The notes under the pieces: generated by a model
What the model was told of the DNA's origin: nothing
The model's database searches: none
What the model saw: the letters and a program-made list of their open reading frames with translations, nothing else
In this document: positions 38,633-50,107 of the stretch, piece by piece
Layout: each line of letters begins with the position of its first letter
Numbering within the stretch: position 1 is the first letter of the stretch
Program-made: the position numbers and the translations under genes
From: Mobula hypostoma
Taxonomy: Eukaryota
Length of the DNA: 64,000 nucleotides
Direction of reading: 5' to 3'
Assembly (NCBI RefSeq): GCF_963921235.1
Contig: NC_086097.1
Coordinates: 41,418,001-41,482,000 of the forward strand

Positions 38633-41076
38633 TAATGAATGTGAACAATTATTTAAGAATTCATGAGGTCAACATTTTGAATTGAATTGATATGTAATGT
38701 ATCCTGCCATCTCAAAACCTCCTTTTGATGGTATGAGCATAAAAGAAATTGTCATTCCCAAAAGGAATTAAAGTACAGAATTAGGGTGATGTTTGACTCT
38801 CTACAAATCCAGGTTTGTCCTTCTCCACTTTATAATAAGGAGTGGGAAGAAATGATAGCCTCACATTTCACAAGGCAAAAACTGGACAGAATTGAAGAAT
38901 TAAGTTATTGGTAAACTGCAGCTACATTGAAACAGTTTTGGAGAAAAAACTTTAAATCAAAAGTTCGGTCACTAGGACCTGTGGAATCTGTGATTACTCA
39001 GTGCAGAAGGTTTAGGAAGCAAGTTGAAATGTAAGGACAGTAAATAACCATAATTTTGCCAAAAAGGAGTTAACTATTTCAGGCATGGAGGATATGCACA
39101 CATGATTAGGCACAGTAAAAAATAAACTCTTCCCTCAGCTTAACCAAAAATTAATGTGTCATTTGAATTCAAATAAAGCGAGTTTCTGTTCTAATTTTAA
39201 CATTTTTTTCCCCAGATTTTGATAATTTTTTATCACTAATTTTTTATTGCAACACCAACAATTTACATTCAATACAACCAGTTGCCAATTACATTATAAC
39301 TGTTTAACGCAGCCACCCCCCCAACCCTCTTCATCATCCCCCCTTCACCCCTCATCCTCATCCCCACCCCTCTCCCCTCCACCAACCAACTAAATAGTAG
39401 TGCATACACAGACAGAGCATTCCTACTTTAACAGAAGATCATTTAAGTTAGATATCAAATTTGTCCACATTAAGACTGTGTTTGGTCGTACATCATTTAC
39501 TCTTGCTGATGTTAGTTCCAGGTAAGAAATGTCCAAAAAGCTCCGAAGCCAGTGAGTACTTGAAATATCATGGGGAGGTTTCCAACGCTGGACTACAATC
39601 TTCTTAGCTGCAGTCAGGCCTGCCAGCCAGACTTTGTGTGTTTTTTCCATAAGAGAAAGTCCATCATCATTTAGAAGATGTACAGCAGGGTCCATTGGTA
39701 ATTGTACCCCCGTTAGTTCTGTAAGAGTACTGGTAACCTTCCCCCACAAACCAAAAACCCCTCGACATTCATACAACATGTATAAAAGAACTAATGGTTC
39801 CATGGGGGCAAAATGAGCAATAAGGGTCAGGAACCAATTCCATTTGATGTCTAATTCTCAGTGTTAAATATGCTCTATGACAAAATTTCAAGAGTATATA
39901 CCGGTGATTTGGGATTTTCGAAGCACCGGCAGCTTTATCCCAAATCGCATCCCAGTCTAAGTCTTGTCCTAATTCAGATATGTCCCTATCCCAGGCTTTC
40001 ATTTCTGATGTGGGCATATATTTCTGAGAGTTTATCATAGATATATGACACTATCTGTCCTGGAGAACTCTGTATCCAACTTAAAATGGGATGGTCATTT
40101 AAATCTGACCCCCAGGGAACGCCGTAGGCTTTACAAGCTGATCTTATTCTAAAATAGAAGAAAAGAGAGTGTTTGTCAATATTATATCATGATACCAGTT
40201 CTTGAAAGCTAAGGATTGTACTTGCCCCATTAATATCTTGAAGAGTAGTAATACCTTTATCCTCCCAAGTTCTGTTAGTGAATGGTTTCCTTCCAGATAG
40301 AAGATGATTATTGTTCCATAATAGAGATGATTTGCACCATATGCTTTTAAATTTTAGGAATTTTTCTGCTGCTTTAAACACTTGTAGCATATGGTTTAAA
40401 ATTGGACCGTAATACAAATCACATTTTTTGGTAGACAGACCTATAAGGAGAAAGTCCTTCAACCTTATTGGTGCTATTAGCTCTTGTTCTATATTTTTCC
40501 ATGATGAAATTTTATCCTCCTCCATCCAATAACTAAGACTTTTTAATACAAATGCCCAGTGATACAATTTAAAATTTGGACATGCCAATCCCCCTTCCGA
40601 CTTTTTGAATTGTAGAGCTGACCATTTTATATTGTGTCATTTACCGTTCCAAACATAGCATCGTAGTAAGGAGTCCAGTTTTTGCCAATATCCTGCTGGA
40701 GGCGCAAGTGGGATCATTGAGCTGATAAAATTAAGATGTTTATTTTAATGACCAATATACGGGCTGGGACTGATGCTGGCAGGTGTCTCCATCTATTAAT
40801 ATCTTCTTCAATTTTTCTCAATATTAAAGAGTAACTTGTTTTAGCCACAGACGATAGGGAAGTATTAACTTTAATACCCAAGTAGAGGATCTCATTTGTA
40901 ACATTAATCTGGGGAAGGAGAGACACCTTACTTATATCTGTATTAATCAGCATCAGTGCTGATTTTGACATATTAACACTGTATCCTGAACAGTGGCGGC
41001 GCCAGAGATTTTTTCTTGCTGGTGCTACAGTGGGGCTGAATTATTCAGTGATGGTGCTGAGGGATGTACCCTATGG

Positions 41077-41390
41077 CAGGGTTCCCCAACCTTTTTTGAT
41101 TCCCCAACCTTTTTCGCACTGTGGACCGGTTTAATATTGACAATATTCTTGTGGACCGGCCGACTGGGGACATTAGGGTTGCCAACGGACAAGAGTAGCA
41201 GTCAAATACATTGTGTTTACCCCGAAAAAGACTACCATGACCATGAAGCCTTGCGTGGGCACCTATGTGCGCATGCGGGTACGTTCCCATTTTTTTCTAC
41301 AAATCGTTTTCGGCAATTCTGTTCAGTGAAAATACACTGTACATACATTAATTCTACTTTATGTAGGCTGTATATTTATCATATCATTAA
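41077..41390. mobile_element. One-ended hAT-Charlie-like fragment inside the Tip100-like element
   Basis: cagggttccccaaccttttt...ggaccggttt resembles Charlie/MER1-type TIRs. No partner TIR seen; the right boundary is approximate. Confidence 0.55.
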
Positions 41391-41776
41391 TGTTTTTCAA
41401 CTGAAAAACACAACACTAACCCACAATGTCCACTGCTATTCGCATTACATAGACAGACAATGCCAAAAGATACATCATTATTGAAGTCAAATAAGGCAAA
41501 CAACAGATGCAAGGCTTTACCAGGAGTTGGACAAATCGTGCTCTGACCATACAATATCTCAATTAATCTGGCTACTGAATTTAAAACAAAAATCAACAGA
41601 ATCACCGCTTGGAAGTCTAAGCAAAACCAGTAGGCTTAATAGCAGTAAATGTAATAGTTTAGGATTTGCAGCAAACATAAGGACTATGGGGTATCCACCA
41701 CAAAATAATAATAATAATCAGCATTAGTCTTGGCCCAAATTTTTAAAAAAATCAACTGCACTCACCATTGATGTTT

Positions 41777-42735
41777 TCAGAGAAGCACAATCTGTCTGTT
41801 GTTGTGATTGGTGGTGAAAGCATCAGTGATTTTCTGGATGTCAAGTGTTTTGGTCCTCCGGCTGTTTATGGCCAACAGGGCCAAGCTGCTGTTCCGAGCA
41901 TCGCCGCTGCCATTCCTCAGGTAGTTTTTGAGGCGTCTGAGGCAAGAGAAACTCCGTTTGCATGAGGCAGATGTCACAGGCAGAGTCAGTGATATGCAGA
42001 TTAGCTTGTATAAATCTATAAATGCATCGCGGTATGGTCTCATTAGAGCTAGAAATTCCACTGTGTCATCCACTGTCTGTCCTTGCTAGAGACTCAACCA
42101 CTGCTCTCATATACTCACGATTTTCTTGGACAATCTTTGCATGTCCTTTATCAAGCGTATTTCCCAATCTTGAACCATCTTGTTTTCTCAATCTGAATTC
42201 GACACATGTCTCCATAGCAAACTTATGAGCTGCACTTACATGGTGGGTTTTGAAAGCTGTTGTAGCTTTCTTCCAGTTGTGGTAACCGGTGACAGTGAAG
42301 GTAGACTCAGAATGGAACCCATGGCCTCCACACAGGAAATGCCTGCATGCGAAGCAGAACGTAGTATCTTTCATGATCGAATATTCCAGTCAGTCAAAGC
42401 AGCCACGAATAAAACTCCTTTGCTGCTTGCCAAACTGTTGCGAGCAGCGAAGGGTACTTTTTCAATGCTGGCTGACGGGGTCCTTCCTCGGTCTTCTGGC
42501 TAACATCGCTAACAGTATTCCCACTCGCACTAAGAGCAGCTTCATCCATGTTCTCTTCTGAATCCCACTCCATTTCTTGTTCCTCTACTTCACCCTCACA
42601 CTCCTTCAATAAACTGCTGTCGTCCTCATCCCCACTTACTTCTTTCTGCATGTCACTTTCAATTAAGACAAGCTCAGGCTGAGACACCACTGATTCCTCT
42701 GGATGAGGTCATTTTCTCACTAAAAATCGATCCAT
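41777..42735 (-). pseudogene. hAT transposase remnant (TTF zinc finger + C-terminal dimerisation domain; catalytic core deleted)
   Basis: MDRFLVRK* start, FCFACRHF...GYHNWKKA, ENREYMRAVVESL, then directly LTLPVTSASCKRSFSCLRRLKNYLRN. Confidence 0.9.
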
Positions 42736-42796
42736 TTTTCATGCCGGCCAAAATAATGCACGTACCAGGCCGACGCTAGCTTGTAAAAGCACATTT

Positions 42797-42848
42797 TGTG
42801 TGTGTGGGGCATCCGTTAGTCTAGCGAGACCATGGATCTTCGCCTGGA
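42797..42848 (-). mobile_element. ~50-bp RTE-type 3' terminus with a (CA)n tail
   Basis: ggcatccgttagtctagcgagaccatggatct matches 44320-44352. Confidence 0.65.
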
Positions 42849-44315
42849 TGTATACTATCAATCTCTTGCGTGAGTGAGAGTGAGTGACATCACCACCTTA
42901 AGTGATCTTAGATCAGCTTAACTGATCTGAGGACAGCAACTGCAAGACATTGACGACAAACGAATAAGCAGAAGTGTAGAGTGGATCTGACACAGTTTAT
43001 AACGTTATTGCTGCGTGGGTGCTATGGTAATTGGGGGCGCTGTTTCACTAGATCAACTGGAGAAACAAGCTGTATTCAAAACTATACAGAGAAAACAAAG
43101 CAGCTGAAATTTGTATGTGAAATTTCAGTTAATTTCTTGGTGGTGCTACGCTGGTGCTGTTGCAGTTTCTTCTGGAGCTGTAGCACCAGCTAGCACCACC
43201 TCAGCGCCGCCCCTGATCCTGAAAGAAATGCAAATTGCTCCAGTATTTTTAAAACATAGGGGAGAGTTTGTTGAACATTTGCCAAGTAAACTAGTGTAAG
43301 GTGATATCGAATGTGATGTTGTACCTATTGTAATAGGGAAGATCTGAGGAGAGTTTCTCATTAAATGTGCAAGCGGTTCAATAGACATAGTAAAAATTAA
43401 AGGAGACAAAGGGTCCCCTTGTCGTGTGCCTCGTTCTATGTCAAATAACTCTGAGAAACCTCCTCCCACACATACCCGGGCTGAAGGATTAGCATACATT
43501 GTTTGATTCATATTGATAAATTTATTGCCGAACTTAAATACTTTTAGAACTCTCCAAAGACATGGCCATTCAAGGCAATCAAATGCTTTTTCAGCATCTA
43601 GAAATAGCAGGCCACAGGCAAGTGGGATTTTATGTGTTGCACTCAGTACATGTTAGAGCCGGCGAATATTATCAGATGCAAGACATCCCCTAATAAAGCC
43701 CGGTTGATCTGGGCTAATTATTTTCCCAACTACTGTCTCAAGTCTACTGGCTAAAACTTTGGAAAATACCTTGAGGTTGACATTTATCAAGGAGATTAGA
43801 CAGTAATTGGCACGCTCCAAGGGGTCCTTACCCAGCTTAGGTATAACTGTGATCGGGGCTGTGTTTAAATCTCTATGGAAGGCACCATTTCCAATAGTAT
43901 AATTGAATGTTTCTAACCATACTGGTCCAAGAATATTCCAAAGTGCTAGGTAAAGTTCCACAGGTATGCCATCTGTACTTTGTGTATGGCCCTTATTTGT
44001 AGCTTTGACCGCTTTAAGTAGCTCATCCAGTGTAATAGTAGAGTCTAGAGTTTTGGTGTCCTCTAATGACAATGTAGGGGGGTCTAATCCACTAAACAAA
44101 TCAGTGAAGTCATTCTCAGAAGGAACTGAGCCACTTGTATTCAGTTCTTTAAAGTAATTCTTGAATGTCTCATTTATTTCCTCTGTTGAAGATACTATAC
44201 CACGTTTAGCATATCTAATAGCTGGTATAGACCTTCTGCCTTCCTGTTGTTTGAGCGTTAGTGCCAAAAGATGGCTCAGTCTGCTGCCTTCTGCATAATA
44301 CTTATGTTTGGTTAT

Positions 44316-44910
44316 TGGTGGCATCTGTTAGTCTCACGAGACCATAGACCTGCACCTGGAAGTCTAACCTTCGTGGTAAGGTGATGCTGGAGTGTCCTCT
44401 CCAAGGCGCAGGCCTGGGCAAGGTTGTATGGAAGACTGACAATTGCCCATGCTGCAAGTCTCCCCTCTCCATGACACCAATGTTGTCCAAGGGAAGGTCA
44501 AGGGCCTATACAACCTGGCACCAATGTCATCGCAGGAGTTGCCAGAACGAGGTTGGACTGCCTTAGGGACTCCAGGTCTGGACTTGTTCTCAGGGTTTAC
44601 TCCCGAAGCCTTTCCCATGAGTGGGTATGGCTACAAGGCAGCGGAGGTTTGAAATCAGAGTTTCCCTCTCTTAGATGGACTGCCTTCTCAGGCTGCTGAG
44701 CTCCATCTGCCCGAAGCATTGGTTTTAAGGCACCAGGACCCACCTTCGTCCCTTCTTCTGTCAGTAGAAACAGTTTCGCCGGGCTTAGAGGCTAAGCCAC
44801 ATGAGAAGGCCAGGAGATGGACTTGGTTGTCAGAGGCTATTTGAGGCACATGCCGTGAGGAGCTTGTCCCCATTACCACCCCTTGGCTTGACAACCTTGG
44901 AACCAAACCT
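44316..44910 (-). mobile_element. Non-coding RTE-derived element (5' UTR fused to 3' terminus), 595 bp
   Basis: Perfect 11-bp TSD tgtttggttat (44305-44315, 44911-44921) splitting the L1 ORF2 sequence IYITKHKYY. Minus-strand 3' end tggtctcgtgagactaacagatgcc is RTE-like. Confidence 0.8.
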
Positions 44911-46731
44911 TGTTTGGTTATATAGATCATATATTCTGCCCTGTTTCTTAATAAATCATTTAATTCTGCTTATTTTCTTTTGTTATGTTGTATCTCCTTC
45001 TGAGATCATTCTCCAAAACCTACCATTGTTCTTCTGGGGTGGAAATCTTTTGAAGCCGGCTTTTATGTAGGTGGGAACTGAACCATACAGCGTTATTTCG
45101 TAAGAAACCCTTGATGGAGGCCCAAATCACTGTCACATCCGAAACATTATTTTTATTTAAATTTATAAATTCTGTCAGTTTTGTTCTCAGTTGTGTGAAG
45201 GGTGGAGTTAAACCTCCACCTTGTAGCCTTATTTTTAATTTTGTCATAATTAAAAGTAGATATGACTGGGTTGTGATCAGATAGATGTCTGGGCAAAAAT
45301 TCTATTGAGTGTACCAAAGGCAGCAAACCAGAGGATATAAGAATGTAAGTAATCTATCCGAGAGAAAGTTTTATGTCTTGTGGAGAAGAAGGTATAGTCT
45401 TTAGCAGATGGATTATGCACCCTCCACACATCAGTTAAATTTAAATCCATTAGAAAAAGGTTAAGTGCTTTGGAAGCAGATTCTTGAGAGCTTGATATAG
45501 TTGAGGAAGATTTATCGAGGTTATGGTTTACCAAAGCATTCATGTCCGAACCAACATACAGTTGGTAGTCACTTAACTTCAGTAATTGTGAGGTAATTGA
45601 GGGAAAAAATTCAACCTCGAATATAGTTGGGGCATATAGACTAATAAATGCAACTTTTTTACCCTGAATGGATGTACAGCAAAAAGCTAAATGTCCTGCA
45701 TTTTTGGAGCCAGTCCTTTCAATTGATACATTAATAGTACGTCTCATTAATATCATAACTCCTTTCACACGAGTACCATCAGCTGATGCTACATTGGGTT
45801 TATAAAAGCAGTTTTGAACCCTGAGAATGTCATTAGGTTTAAGATGTGTTTCCTGTAACAGTGCAATATCTATTTTCTTTCTGCATAAGAAATCTAAAAC
45901 CTTTCAATGCTTGTAGGGAGAGTTTAATCCTCTAAATGATACAATAGTAAGATTTTCTAAATTATTTGTATTGCTCATCTTCCCCTGGATCTGTTGTTGT
46001 AAGTTGGTGGTGGAGCCTCAGCTACCCCCTTCCCACCACCCCCAGCACATACACCCTTTTACTTTTTAACATCTGTGAGTGTCACTTAGCAATGTCAGAC
46101 ACTGAACATTAACCACCCCCCTCTAGCACCAACAAATTAGAAAGGCAGAGTGGTTCTCATAGACAATCATATCAAAGAGACAAGAAAAAAAAACCTGTCA
46201 AACCCATTAACTTATATAATTAAAACCATTCCCGTCTCAAATATAACACATAATCAAGATCCCAACAGCTCACTTGCGGGAGACTGTTGCTTTAATAGAC
46301 CATTGCTTAGCGATGATGCCAGTGACGTCATATCCCATGCCCAGGAATGTAGACAAGCCTACTCGGGACATAACCCGAAATGAACACGTACAACTAAAGT
46401 TATTCAGTACAAACTGCTGTTTTTCAGCTTCATCCTTGATGAAGTATGACACTTGGGTGTATTGAATATCACCTTAGAACGTAAAAGATAAAAAGTATAT
46501 TCTAGGCGGACTTATATCAGCTTAACATGTTATCCTTGTACTAACAAGTTAACTGAGCCATTACCTTAAAATTCTGACTTGCAATACTCAGAAACAAATT
46601 GGCCCCTTAATTAACTAAATACAAAAGTGCATTGAATGACTTTCCAACAAAAGAATAACCAGAAAACTTCACACCCAGGACGTTAACTTGCCCGTGCCTG
46701 TTAGATTGCGCATACAAGCTGGTCCGAGCTC

Positions 46732-47649
46732 TTAATGCAGTTCCATCTCCTCCAGAGGGGCATGTGGACTTTGCCCAGGGTCTTCTTCCATACCTCCCAG
46801 CACCAATGATTTCAGGGCTTCTTTCGCTTCCTCTGCCAAGTTAAACGACATCTTCATGCCCTTGATATTCACTCTCAAAATTGTTGGGTATATGAGGAAT
46901 GAGTTGATCCCCTTCTGTCGAAGCTTAGCGTGGATCTCCTTGTATCCCTGTTGTTCCTGCCTCGTACCGGGGCTGTAGTCGGTGAAGAACCGCAGCTGGG
47001 TGCCATCAGGGAGAGTAGGTTTGGCTTTCCTGGCACCCTCCAGGATAGCCTGCCAGTTGGTGTACCGAAGAAGCCTAAAAACCATGGTCCGCCGTCTTGA
47101 GGTGTTGTTGGAAAAGATCCTATGTGCTCTATCGATCTCCAGAGGAGTGCTGTGGGAATTCTTGAGCGCTGGAATCCAATTAGGTAGCATATCCTGGAGG
47201 TAACCTCTCGGATCGTCGCCCTCAGCGCCTGCAAGTTGACCAGCCGCACATTGTTTCTCCTGGATCTGTCCTCCAAGTCGTTTAGCTTCTTCCATATCTT
47301 AGTCACCTCCGCAAGACAGGAGCTAGTATTGTTCTCACTCGTACGTAAGCAAACCTGAATATTGTCTATTTTGTTGAAGACCGTGCTAAATTTTTTTGCA
47401 TGAATGTCCGCTTGCTCCTTTAACAACCGGAGGATGTTGCCATTCTCTGCCATATGCTTCTGTATGGGGTCGAGAGCTTTTTCCAGTGACTCCTTTAGCA
47501 TGTGGGCTACCGTTTCTTGCAGTGATTCCATCTCCGTTGCAAATTGTTTGCTTAATTAGCATAACTATTTCCTTGGATGAATCGCTAGCTCGATGTCGTC
47601 TGCTGGTATCTTGTTTCTTGGTTGAATTTGGATCTTTTTTTGAGGTCAT
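46732..47649 (-). pseudogene. L1 ORF1p, frameshifted
   Basis: Coiled coil, then LEDRSRRNNVRLVNL, LEIDRAHR, LRFFTDYS and FLIYPTILRV. Confidence 0.9.
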
Positions 47650-48354
47650 GTCTTTAGTTAGATCTTTCTCCAACTCAACCTTGTATTAAGACCATCTGTG
47701 AGCCCTAAGGAACATGAAAAAGGAGGGTTATATGTCAGCGCTCAGTGCTGTGCTACCATCTTGCCTCATGCCTCACTGGAAGTCCAAATTTTGATAGTTT
47801 TTGATGAAATAAGTCTCTTCAACAGGTATTTTCTCCATTATTTCCATTTCAACTATAGCTGCCAAGATGTCCGGTAATATGATATCTTGCTTATGGAAGT
47901 TGATCCTATTATTTAGTGTGTTAAATGTACAAATGTAATAGTAAAACAATTGTGTACAATCTTGTTCCTTGTTTTTCCTTCCAGTCTTGAGTATCGCTCT
48001 GCTGTCAAGGGCCTTTCTCGTGATGTTTGATGACGAAGTAAAGAGATCACTAATGTTCTAACTGGAATGACATCAGAAACAATCTCACCAAATAATTACA
48101 ATCATTTTTTTTTCTAGCACTCTGTATAACACTTTGGTGTCACTAGATTTGATATTCTTTACTACTTCTTGGCAAAACTGACATTATAGCAGGCTGTTTA
48201 TTCAAATCCTACATGCAATCAGCATTACATGTGCTCTTGATATTTTACAACTTCATTCCAGAACTGGACCATAGGTCTCAATTTTCATGTCAGTAGCGAC
48301 CTGGCCGCACTCATGAATGAGCCAAGAGCTCTTCTGTACAACCCTGGTTTGATC

Positions 48355-48776
48355 CTCTGTTTTGAGCCCTTTCCAGCAGCGTTTAGGGCAACAATGAAGG
48401 TCCTCCATCGCTCGCAACATTTATGGCTTCCATGATCATGTCAGTAGCTTCCTCTCGGTTTTCAGTACTGTCAGTCATGCAAATCCCAGGTGGAGACTCA
48501 GGAATACTGTTGCACACAGATGTAGAAGGATTCTTCATTATTTCTTCCACAACAATTTTGTTTGATCACTCAGGATTGTTGGCCCTGAGCTGAACCCTCA
48601 AACTTGGAGGATCGATGGACCATTCTTAGTTTGGCCTCTACCCTAGACCTGTTTGGCATGGTCGACCCTACCAAGAGCCAAAGCATAAGGCCCTGACTCC
48701 AGCCAACATAGATCTCCGGGTCATTGAGGCACACAAGCCTCCAAACCACGACAAGGTTGTGGTTCTCTTAGAGGAT
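48355..48776 (-). mobile_element. Second bipartite RTE-derived element (Rex3/Expander-like 5' UTR)
   Basis: Minus-strand accttgtcgtggtttggaggcttgtgtgcctcaatgacc...ggtagggtcgaccatgccaaacagg, and 3' tggaggaccttcattgttgcccta. Confidence 0.6.
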
Positions 48777-48986
48777 TCTGGCAGTTGTGCCTTCCAAGTA
48801 TAAATGCCATCATGTGCAGGAGGCACTCAATACAAAGAAGTTGGTAAAACTTTGATTGTTAGCCAAACCACACCCCTTAGTGGAATCACACTCTGGAGTT
48901 ATTAGAAGCTATTAATTCCAACATTCAAAATATGTTAATCCACTCCCAAACTGTTTGAATATATAAAAACTAATGAAAATATAATC

Positions 48987-49340
48987 ATAGAAACATAGAA
49001 AACCTACAGCACAATACAGGCCCTTCGGCCCACAAAGCTGTGCCGAACATGTCCTTACCTTAGAAATTACCCAGGGTTAGCCATAGCCCTCTATTTTTCT
49101 GAGCTCCATGTACCTGTCCAAGAGTCTCTTAAAAGATCCTATCATATCCGCCTCCGCCACCAACGCTGGATGCTGGTGCACTCCACGCACTCACCACTCT
49201 CCGTGTAAAAAACTTACCCCTGACATCTCCTCTGTACCTACTTCCAAACACCTTAAAACTGTGCCCTCTCGTGCTAACCATTTCAGCCCTGGGAAAAAGC
49301 CTCTGACTATCCAAACAATCAATGCCTCTCATCATCTTAT
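48987..49340 (-). mobile_element. Young CR1 3' fragment (~354 bp)
   Basis: Highly similar to 4948-5301. tataatc is duplicated at the junctions. Confidence 0.92.
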
Positions 49341-50107
49341 AATCTATTAAATTTAATCACAAAAAATAAAAAAATATAGATACCTGAAACAACGTATTTA
49401 AATGAAATAAGAATTTTGGGTTAACAAAATTTGATTTCTTCCAGGATTAAAACCAAACCAATGTTTTACACAGGTTTATTGTTTTATGCTCTCTAGCTTT
49501 GCTGAGCAAGCCAAAATTATATATGCCTCATTAAACATTTTCTCAAACTGTCTACAATTTCCTTTACTCCTGAAACCCTTTTAGACTGGTATTCTTTATT
49601 CTACATTCCCTTTCCTTATTCTTCCTTCCAAAATGTGTCACTTCACATTGATATGCATTAATTTTTAGCTGGCATTCATCTGCTCATTCCCCCAACCTAC
49701 TTGCCTCCTGCTGTAAGCTACCACAGTCCTCTTTGCGCTCCACACTACTGGTAAGTTTTGCATTATCCACCAATTTAGAACATGTGGTTTCCACCCCCAA
49801 ATCTGCCGAATTAATATAAATTAAATACAACAATGGGTTCAACACTGAATCTGGGAGAATGACGGTTTTGTCTTTCCTCCCTGGTGTAAAGAATTATCAT
49901 TCACCATGATCCTTTGCTCTCTGTTTCATAGCCAACTTTGTACCCAGGCCCTAAATGTTCCTCTTATATCATGTGCTTCAGCTTTGCTGATAGGATTTCC
50001 GGAAGCCAGCATTATCCACATCAACTCTATTCAACCCTCCCGCCTCTGATCCCAGCTCTCAAGATTCCAGCCTTGAACTCCAGGCCGGGTCTTTATGTGC
50101 TGCTATT

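Larger units (their letters stand above)
40991..43215 (-). mobile_element. Internally deleted hAT (Tip100/ZMYM1-like) DNA transposon, 2225 bp
   Basis: TIRs cagtggcggcgc and (reverse complement) caggggcggcgc. Perfect 8-bp TSD atcctgaa (40983-40990, 43216-43223). Subterminal inverted gctggtgctacag (41018-41030, 43178-43190). Confidence 0.95.
39423..45978 (-). pseudogene. L1 ORF2p (APE, RT, Cys-rich tail), disrupted and split by two insertions
   Basis: DIALLQETHL, YTFFSTRHKTFSRIDY, LDAEKAFD, RGTRQGDPLSPLIF, ILYLGI and PYCSFC. Confidence 0.92.
39230..47785 (-). mobile_element. Full-length degenerate L1 LINE, antisense to the host gene
   Basis: 5' end ggacttccagt...aagatggt, ORF1, a ~750-bp spacer, ORF2 and an A-rich tail. 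Imperfect TSD a(g/a)attttgata(a/g)ttttt at ~39214-39230 and ~47786-47802. Confidence 0.92.
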
